From Pseudogymnoascus verrucosus (lineage: Eukaryota), in assembly GCA_001662655.1 (NCBI GenBank), contig KV460270.1: 31,429 nt of DNA; one strand, written 5' to 3'. Both the position numbers and the translations under genes were made by a program. This document shows, one piece after another, positions 23,209-31,429 of this stretch. Below the pieces are notes generated by a model. The model did not search any database. It worked only from the letters and a program-made list of their open reading frames with translations, and was not told the origin of the DNA. Positions within the stretch are counted from its first letter, which is position 1; every line of letters begins with the position of its first letter.

Positions 23209-25460
23209 CTAAATATCACCATTGGTATTTCCCTCTCCCATGCTAGTCAGTCCGCTGACTAGTCCCAGCATTCGTCTCCCAAGCAGATCGTCTTCGCTTG
23301 CCAAGCTGACTGAACTCTTCTTGCGTGTCAATCTTCCCCTGTCTCTGCCTGTCCTCCTGCCCCTCGTTGCGCCCTCATCCGATACCCCGCCCAAGGTCTC
23401 CTGAAGAAGGCGTTCCTTTAGTTCTTGCTCGGCCCTTAATCTCGCAGTCAATGGCATCCTCATTTCCAAGGCTTCGTCGCCAGAGGATTCGGTGCGATTA
23501 TGGTGATAGTTCGCGCTATTCCCTTTACCATACTTAGAATTTTCGCTCTGACGGCGCAAGCTCGTCGCTTTAATGCCAGAACCCAGTGTGCTAGATGTGG
23601 TGGCTTTCATTTTGTCGTTTGCATCGGAATGCTCAAAGAGCTCATCAATCCAGCGCGCGCAACGGAAGATGTGATTCCAACCCTCGGGGAAGGCGGCGGC
23701 AAATTGCATAAAGCCATGTGAAATGCCGGGTATCAAGGCCACCTCTACCACGTCCCTGTCGTCGAATTCCTTTGCTAAATGCTCGCCCCTCTCCTTTTCC
23801 TTCTCGTAGGCTTCGGCCTTGGCTTTCCGCAGCCGGCCTGCGAATATTACGGTGTCGTCGACCAAAGGATCCCGCTCGCCGGTGAGGAAGTATGTTTTTG
23901 GAAATCGAGCGAGTAGCGCTGGTGGAGCAAGGATGGGAGAAAGGTAATAGTCATCGGCGAACGACGGCCTGTTGTGCGGGCCAACGTAAAGCAATATCAT
24001 GGATCTCATTGTCGCGGGGTCGAGGATACGGTCATTGATATAGGATATCATAGACGTAATCGCGAGACTGGTGCCTGGTGTCGGTGTGGCTGTTGGCGGC
24101 ACTGCAGGTTCATTGGTGGAATTGGGATGTTCGGAGAGTGAAGCAGGGCCTGGAGTCGATCTAGGACGCACTTTAGGAGATAGAGCTGTAAAATCTTCGC
24201 CCTCAGAGTGATGGGGAGTTCCGGCAAGATGATTATATTGCATGCTCTTCAGTCGCAGCATGTCCCGATTTGTCTTTCGCATTCGACGGTCTTTGAAGAG
24301 AGACATATGTTCCTCGCTCATCCAATTGACAATATTGAAATCCAAACCCGGATATATCAGAACGAGGCCCTCGGGCATTGGCAGCGGAACTTCACTATCT
24401 GAGGAAGTCGATAAAGAGTGCTCGATAATTTTGAGTACTGTTCCTGTCGCAAGGTTCCCTCCAGCGCTGTCGCCGCAAATAACGATTTTTGGCATCACAT
24501 CTCCAGACAAGCCGACAAGTCTACCACGGCTAGCTATGATCGCGCGATAGACATCGAAACATTCGTTAAGCGCATAAGGATACGGATACTCCGGTGCCTT
24601 TTTATAATCCAAACTGAGTACTGGCAAGCCGGTTTTGCCAGCCCATGCAATTAGTTTATCATCATGGGCTCGTGGATCCATTGCGACAAACCCGCCACCA
24701 GGAACGTCAAGGACAATCTTGGTTTGGTTCTTGAGTGCACTCAGAGGCCCATCGAAATATAGCCATGCCTGCACTGGTTCCCCTCCGGGTCGTGGTATGC
24801 GTATCGCACGCGGTGGGTACTTCATAAGTCGTGGGCGTAACAATGCCGAGACAAATTTGAGATATGGTGTATTGCCCTTGTTCCAGCTCACCCTGAGATG
24901 ATCCAGTGTCAACATCCCTCTCACTTTCCTTACTTTCTCGTCGGCTCTCTCTGCCGCTATCAGGTAGTATAATGAGAAGATGATGCTTGACAAGTCCCGT
25001 AGCCATTTCCTGCGGATGCGCATGGCAGTCCAGAACCCAGCATCGAGGGCGGTCGTCACCCATGTCGCGCGGAAGTAAGAGCGAGTATAGAGGTTTGCAA
25101 GCGGCTCGGGGCATTCGAGATCGAGGAGAGAGTCGAAATTGCGGGCAATGTACAGGTAAAGCAGCGTGATCATTACTGTTTGCCACGGGGTGAAAAGGCC
25201 AGAGCATGCCCTCGAGATCTTGCGGAGTTTCGGAGGTCCATGCTTGTTTCCTCTTTCACGGTATTAGTATAGGAATAGAAACGGGGGGTTGAGGCTCGAG
25301 GACTTACTTGGCGAGATAGAAAGACCAGAAAGAAACGACTGCAAGCACATGGAATTTGCGAAACTGCACTGACGGCCGGCCAAGGACGTGGTCAAAACGA
25401 TGAGGTCAGCTTGGGGGTTCTTAACTTTGCTTGTGAAGCTGGAGCATGCATACCAATCAT
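23209..25460 (-). CDS. Hormone-sensitive-lipase-family alpha/beta hydrolase (abhydrolase_3), 3 exons: 25460-25454, 25392-25308, 25252-23209 (~711 aa)
   Basis: Oxyanion loop VPGGGF, LDYKKAPEYPYP, nucleophile GDSAGGNL, acid ERDPLVDD and His GISHGF. The reconstructed N-terminus is MI-D-HVLGRPSVQFRKFHVLAVVSFWSFYLAK-GNKHGPP. Intron 2 is 25253-25307 (GTAAGT..AAG); the intron 1 acceptor is anomalous (see findings). Confidence 0.88.
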
Positions 25461-26104
25461 ACTGGCGAGCAGCTCTCAATGAGGACGGCCAGCAGTTGTG
25501 CCTGGTTCTGTAGCTATACGTGGCAAAAGGAGGGAAAGAAAAGAAGTTATTCCCTGCCCTGGCCGTAGGTTGACCTTGCAATTATTCCATCACAAAGGAC
25601 TTCCCATATCACAGCAGAGCATTTACTTTTTTGTAGAGCCAGACAAGACAGTTGGAAGGTTAGGCGGTGGGCATGTGCATGAGTAGTGATGGCACTACTG
25701 AGGAGGATAGCACTACTGAATATATGTTTATACTAGAGAACTGTATGGTGGTCTACAGTAAACTACGCTTTCGTTCCTTAGTTAAACGGTAGTAGGCGGG
25801 TGGTTGGCAGTGGGGTCGTCATGGGACTGAGTTATAAGTAAGTTTGCATGTGATTGAGGACGGTTTCAAGCTTGGGACTAAGATCAGAGTGGAATAGATT
25901 GGTTTATCTACTCCACCTCGTACCTTGCCCTTCACCGTTCATCATTTTGTGGGGTTTCGACCCCATAGCACGTGACCGCCTGTCCAAAAATACAGTTCAG
26001 CCTCGCCAACGACCCGTCATCGCTACCCTAGCTTCCTTCCACCAGTCGAGTTAAGAAAGTTCACACAACACCTCAGTCGCACCACACTGGGCCAACGCTT
26101 GAAT

Positions 26105-27186
26105 ATGGCAGACACACCACCAACGACATCATCCCCAGGGGGAACCCCTCCCTCCAGCGCTTCCGAACAAGCTCGCATTCGCCGAGAACGTCGTGAGGCT
26201 AAAATAAAAGCTGGAGGGACGTCGAGGTTAAACAAAATCACAGGGCTGGGTGGTGGCTTACAACGAGGTTCGTTCGCAATCATACTGGCAGTATTCAGCG
26301 CAGCGTTCTATTTCTAACTGTGGCGACAGATGTAAAGCCTGCGGCTGCAGCACCCCAAGCAGCATCCGTCTCTCACGCGGACCCGGACGAAGTTGACATT
26401 AGCGAGCACTTTTACGAACCACCGCTGAATATCCGCTCCCAAAATGCTACGCCAAACCCCAACCGTCCATATCCCGGCCTGTCATCGGACCCAAGTCAGT
26501 TGGACGACCAGGCTCTTAGAGCCATGATGCTCGGCTTCCCCCCGCCTAACGGGAGTCCTCAGCCCCAATCCAACCCATTTGGTGGACCACCGAACCCGTT
26601 CGCGGCAATGGGCAACCCTGATGGCACCGGTGATCCGGCCAATGATCCAATGATGGCTATGCTGCAACAGATGATGGGAGGTGCGGGAGGTGAGCCGGGA
26701 GCTATGCCATCTTTCCCTGGCCTGCCACCGATGGGGTTTCCGGGGAGCGACGCCAATGGACCACCAGCGGTAAAGACATCCGCTTATATATGGCGCATCG
26801 TGCACGCCATTTTTGCCTTGGGATTTGGCATATGCATCGCCTTCAATTCAAAATTTGGCACCGAAACCCAACGTAGGTACGGTAGTGAGGTGGTAGATCT
26901 GAGAGCATTTTACGTGTTCGCGACGGTGGAAGCGATACTACAGGGCACTCGGTTTATCTTTGACAGAGGACAAGACAGCCAAACTGGGATTATAGGGACG
27001 GTTTTACGGTTCTTGCCCCAGCCATTTGGAGGATATCTTCGGATGTTTATGAACTACCGAAGTATCTGGACTACGACAAGTGCCGATGCCATGGTTGTGG
27101 TGTTTGTTCTCGTGGCTGCTAACCATTGGAGAATCTCCAACGAAGATGGTAGCGAGCTTTTTGGCAGCACTCATGGCATCAATTAG
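26105..27186 (+). CDS. GET2: GET complex subunit Get2 (tail-anchored protein insertase receptor), 2 exons: 26105-26267, 26330-27186 (~339 aa)
   Basis: N-terminal ASEQARIRRERREAKIKAGGTSRLNKITG, ADPDEVDISEHFY, a DPMMAMLQQMMGG linker and three C-terminal hydrophobic segments. Intron 26268-26329 (GTTCGT..CTAAC..CAG). Confidence 0.88.
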
Positions 27187-27505
27187 CCTAAAAAACTTAG
27201 TTAATAAAGCTCATTGAGTTCATTTGATGACATGTTTCTATGCTTGACGCACGCTGTATTCACATCACAATCTATCGTTTTGCCGTTAGAGAATATTAGT
27301 TAATATGCCAGCTAAGTTGCCAACTTGTAACGTACCTCAATTCGGGCAATTAAATTGTGCTTATATATGTGATTTGAAGGCGTTACATTTATGACTCTGT
27401 TGTAGGAGGCATTTCAGATATCTCGAAACAGTTCACCGACAATATAAATATTTTCGAAAATTTAGTAACAACTGTGATATTTATCGTCTCATATTTCGTA
27501 TACTA

Positions 27506-28509
27506 ACGTAAGTCATGGCCTAACCGATGGTATGGCCTAACCGACATAGTGGGTTTACCACCCCATTAAACCAGTCGACTACGCAAAGTTGAAACTCACG
27601 TGATCTAGACTTTAACTCTTCATAGCTTCTACAATATAGCTTATAAGGTCTAGCCTATTTATTCTAATATTCTTTATATACATATACATTAACGTAAGTC
27701 GTGGCCATACCGGCTCAATGGCCATACCGGCTTTTAGTACCTTTACATACAAGTTTGTATGTAATGATACTTACACTTACAAAAAATCAGAATATTATAA
27801 CTCCTTTAATAAAAATGCTAGAGTATGTCCCTCTTATATATAGAAACTTTAAACTATTATATACTATATATAAAAACGCTAATAGCACTAGCTTCTTTTT
27901 GCATAAGCTATTAAAGATTTTAACTTTTATTATATAAAAATTTAGTATAACAAATCTAAAACTGTTAATAACTTCCTTATAACACTAGCTTATATGCTAG
28001 TGTTTTTAATTATAAGGTATAGGTATATAAAGACTCTTAATATAAGAAGGTTAAGTCCTACTATTTTTATTACAAAAGTTATTAGGAATTCAATTGTAGG
28101 TCATGTAATGTAAATCTAACTAACTTTTAGTGGGGTTGGCAAATGAGCCGGTATGGCCATTGAGCCGGTATAGCCACGACTTACGTTAGACTTAAAAATG
28201 CTAGCTTATAAGCTAAACTTATGAGAGAGTTATAAGCAATTTAACATTTACTATATAAATATTTTGTATGGTAAATCTTTAAACCTTTAATTACTTTTGT
28301 AAAAGGACGCTAGAGCTACTAGCATTTTCGCATATAATAGATGGTGATATATATTTCCTATCTATAAAAAGGATAAACCCTAGTAATTTTATTAAAGGCG
28401 TTATTAATTAATTGAAATTTTGAAAATTAAGTATTCTTGCATACAAAGTTAGCTGTAAAGGTACTTACAGTCGGTTAGGCCATACCATCGGTTAGGCCAT
28501 GACTTACGT
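27506..28509. mobile_element. MITE A (non-autonomous Fot1/pogo-type element, ~507 bp excluding nested MITE B)
   Basis: Perfect 40-bp TIRs ACGTAAGTCATGGCCTAACCGATGGTATGGCCTAACCGAC (27506-27545 / 28470-28509), TA on both flanks, AT-rich non-coding interior. Confidence 0.93.
27692..28186. mobile_element. MITE B (495 bp, Fot1/pogo-type) nested in MITE A
   Basis: 41-bp TIRs ACGTAAGTCGTGGCCATACCGGCTCAATGGCCATACCGGCT (27692-27732 / 28146-28186, one C>T mismatch) with TA target duplication on both sides. Confidence 0.93.
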
Positions 28510-28554
28510 TATCTATCTACCTATTAATTGTTAGAAGGGATCATAGTTTTAATT

Positions 28555-28611
28555 TTTAGGAAAACATCTAAATTACCGCCTAATTTAGGAAAACATCTTA
28601 ATTGCCACCTA
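28555..28611. repeat. Imperfect 29-bp-period tandem repeat between MITE A and element C
   Basis: tttaggaaaacatctaaattaccgccta / tttaggaaaacatcttaattgccaccta. Confidence 0.8.
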
Positions 28612-28647
28612 CTATATATATACACTTAACATATACACGGCGCCTTA

Positions 28648-29924
28648 ACGTAAGTCGTGGCGTAACGGGACGGATGGCGTAACGGGACGCTTTCCTAGAG
28701 TTATACCCCACCAAAGTAAGTGTAGTTATTTACTACACCCTATTAACCACCTAAAATCAATTATGGTGCGTCAAAAAAGTCAAAAATCAAAGGAATTAGA
28801 AGCTTTATTAGCTGAAGCTATCCTAAGCATCTAAAATAAGAAGTATAAGTTGTTATATGAGGCTGCTAAGGCCTTAGGGTTAAGCCGCAATACTGTTAGT
28901 AAGTGCGTTAGCCAACAACGGCCTTCAAGGCAAGAAGCGCGTCAAAAACAGCAACTATTGTCTAAAAATCAAGAGCGTACCTTATTAAAATGGATAAAGG
29001 AGCTTACAAATAGTAGCTATGCACCTAGCCATCGAATCCTACAAGAGGTTGCAGATGAAGTCTAGTTAAATAAGTGTTGCGTTTTTTAGCCTTAACAACA
29101 ACATATACAACAACACCAATAACAACAACCTCAAACTTAACAACTACAACTACAAATACCTCCTAAGTTACCTCTTAGGCAGGATTAGGTTCCGCGATTT
29201 ATTTAAAGGTATCCTAACTTACATGTTAAGTTAGGACGTAAAGTTGAGGCACAGAGGATGAATAGGGTAACAAAAGAGGTGTTGAAGGGGTGGTTTGACA
29301 CGTATAAGAGCCTTATAACAGAGCAAAAAATCGAAAACTACAACACCTATAATATAGATGAAACTGGATTTTTAATTAGAACTATGCAATCTATACAAAT
29401 TATAGTTGACTCTACGCTCTGTATACGTTTTCAGGCTTATCCTAGCCAATAGGAATAGGTGTCTACTATTGAATGCATCTATATAGACAGAACAACTATT
29501 AAACCTCTTATTATCTTTAAAGGACAGAATATACTACAAAGCTAGATTCTAAAGGAAGTTATACAAAAATGGCACTTCTCTGTAAACACAAAAGGGTAGA
29601 CAAGCAATCTTTATAGATTAGAGTAGTTAAAACGCGTTTTTAAGCCCTCTATAAGAGCAAAAGCAACACAAAACAGACAACTATAGCAACAGCTCCTAAT
29701 TTGTAATAGCTACAATAGCCATATAAGTAGAAGCTTTATATTACACTATATTTAAAATCGAATATCGCTCCTTATAATACCTCCTTATACATCTTATGTT
29801 CTATAGCTACTTAATATTTCGATTTTTAGGCCCTTAAAGCAACACCTTACAACTGCTCTCTTACACCTAAATGAGGCACAACTCCTACGAATACAAAAAG
29901 CAGAGTGGCTAGAAGTATATATTA
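28648..29924 (+). mobile_element. Fot1/pogo DNA transposon copy C (left part; interrupted by copy D)
   Basis: TA followed by left TIR ACGTAAGTCGTGGCGTAACGGGACGGATGGCGTAACGGGACG. It is colinear with copy D over ~1.27 kb and breaks at a TA (29923-29924) inside the transposase gene. Confidence 0.93.
28763..29924 (+). pseudogene. RIP-inactivated Fot1/pogo transposase of copy C
   Basis: Same frame as copy D (MVRQK..) but with many TAA/TAG stops from C>T and G>A changes (TGG>TAG, CAA>TAA, CGG>TAG). The catalytic DGHDSH has become NSYNSH and QPLD has become *LLN. Confidence 0.92.
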
Positions 29925-31429
29925 ACGTAAGTCATGGCGTAACGGGACGGATGGCGTAACGGGACGCTTTCCTAGAGCTGTACCCTACCAAAGTGAGAGT
30001 GGTTATGTACTATACTCTATTAACTGCCTAGAATCAATTATGGTGCGTCAAAAAACTCAAAAATCAAAGGAATTAGAAGCTTTATTAGCTGAAGCTATCC
30101 TAGGCATCTAAAATAAGAAGTATAAGTCGTCATATGAGGCTGCTAAGGCCTTAGGGTTAAGCCGTAATACTGTCAGTAAGCGCGTTAGCCAACAACGGCC
30201 TTCAAGGCAAGAAGCGCGTCAAAAACAGCAACTGTTATCTAAAAATCAAGAGCGTACCTTATTAAAATGGATAAAGGAGCTTACAAATAGTGGCTACGCA
30301 CCTAGCCATCGAATCCTACGAGAGGTTGCAGATGAAGTCCGGTCAAATAAGTGTCGCGTTTTTCAGCCTCAACAACAACACCTACAACAACAACCACAAA
30401 CTCAACAACTACAACCTCAAATTCCTAACTTACCTCTTGGGCAAGAGTGGGTTCCACGATTCATTCAAAGGCATCCTAACTTACGTGTTAAGTTAGGACG
30501 TAGAGTTGAGGCACAAAGGATGAATGGGGTCACAAAGCAGGTGTTAAAGGGGTGGTTTGACGCGTATAAGAGCCTTATAACAGAGCTAAAAATCGAAACA
30601 CACAATACTTATAACATGGACGAGACTGGATTTTCAATTGGAACTATGCAATCTACACGAATTATAGTCGACTCTACGCTCCGTACGCGATTTCAAGCAC
30701 ATCCTGGCCGACAGGAATGGGTGTCTGCTGTTGAATGTATCTGTATGGACGGAACAGCTATCGACCCCCTTATTATCTTTAAAGGACAGAATATCCTACA
30801 AAGCTGGATTCCGAAGGAGGTTATACAAAAATGGCACTTCTCTGCAAATACAAAAGGATGGACAAGCAATCTTCATGGATTAGAGTGGCTAAAACGCGTT
30901 TTTGAGCCCTCTACAAGAGCAAAAGCAACACAAAATGGAAAACTACAACAAAGGCTCCTTATTTGCGACGGCCACGATAGCCATATAAGTGGAAGCTTTA
31001 TATCACACTGCATTCAAAATCGAATATCGCTCCTTATAATACCTCCTCATACATCTCATGTTCTACAGCCACTTGATATTTCGATTTTTGGGCCCTTAAA
31101 GCAACATCTTACAACTGCTCTCTCACACCTAAATGAGGCGCAACTCCTACGTATACAGAAGTCAGAATGGATGGATGCATATATTACTGCAAGAGCAGCT
31201 GCTTTTTCAACTTCAAATATCAATTCTGCTTGGAGAGGGAGTGGGCTACAGCCATTCCAGCCGCAAACAGTCATTCGAGCAGCTACGCTTCCTACTACAG
31301 ACGTTGTAGTAGAACGGCCACATACTCCTACAGAGTATGATATTTTTGAGAAGGTATTCTTAAACAGCAGTCCACCTGATTTTCAAACACTTCACAAAGC
31401 AAATACAGTTCTGTCTACTACAATAAGTC
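29925..31429 (+). mobile_element. Fot1/pogo DNA transposon copy D (runs off the window end)
   Basis: TA followed by left TIR ACGTAAGTCATGGCGTAACGGGACGGATGGCGTAACGGGACG and then a transposase gene. The right TIR is not in the window. Confidence 0.95.
30040..31429 (+). pseudogene. Fot1/pogo DD35D transposase (HTH + CENP-B-like HTH + DDE_1); one stop at codon 24, otherwise open to the window end (absent from the ORF track)
   Basis: Hand translation: MVRQKTQKSKELEALLAEAILGI*NKKYKS..QERTLLKWI..LGQEWVPRFIQRHP..YNMDETGF..GRQEWVSAVECI..PLIIFKG..KGWTSN..LLICDGHDSH..PPHTSHVLQPLDISIFGPLK. There are 35 residues between the 2nd and 3rd Asp. Confidence 0.9.

Noticed and set aside
27326..27387. tgtaacgtacctcaa ... 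ttgaaggcgttaca as a degenerate Fot1-type end or hairpin
   Set aside because: It is too short and gapped, lacks the duplicated internal motif, and cannot be separated from chance.
27701..27937. 78-aa ORF in MITE B
   Set aside because: It has a GTG start inside the TIR, is AT-rich and Ile/Leu/Tyr/Lys-biased, and is a typical chance ORF in RIP-like DNA.
27506..29966. Recurrent ~40-bp motifs as a CRISPR-like or novel repeat array
   Set aside because: They are paired inverted termini with TA duplications next to a DDE transposase, irregularly spaced, in a eukaryote.
1..31429. tRNA, rRNA or snoRNA genes
   Set aside because: I recognised no cloverleaf, rRNA segment or box C/D or H/ACA layout by eye. 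An Infernal/Rfam scan would be needed to exclude them.

Overview
This is eukaryotic genomic DNA from a filamentous ascomycete (Pezizomycotina), judged from short 48-91 nt introns with CTRAC-type branch sites and RIP-like mutation. Positions ~630-27190 are a gene-dense block of nine housekeeping genes, eight with introns: Pbp1/ataxin-2, Bud6/Aip3, Ypi1, Bit61/HbrB, Gon7, Vam6/Vps39, Mfg1/PtaB, a hormone-sensitive-lipase-family hydrolase and Get2. I reconstructed the exon structures by hand and all give intact frames. From ~27500 the sequence switches to an AT-rich nest of Fot1/pogo-type DNA transposons. One ~0.5 kb MITE sits inverted inside a related MITE, and a nearly intact DD35D transposase copy is inserted into a heavily RIP-mutated copy of its own family. 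All four elements share one TIR design: a 9-bp constant end plus a 17-bp-period duplicated, family-specific motif. Other oddities are a lipase intron ending in TG instead of AG, a probable GC-AG intron in mfg1, and a Pbp1 that appears to lack the Lsm domain behind a spliced, uORF-containing leader. Gene identities come from recalled family motifs, not database searches. I see no convincing evidence of a wholly new biological system.
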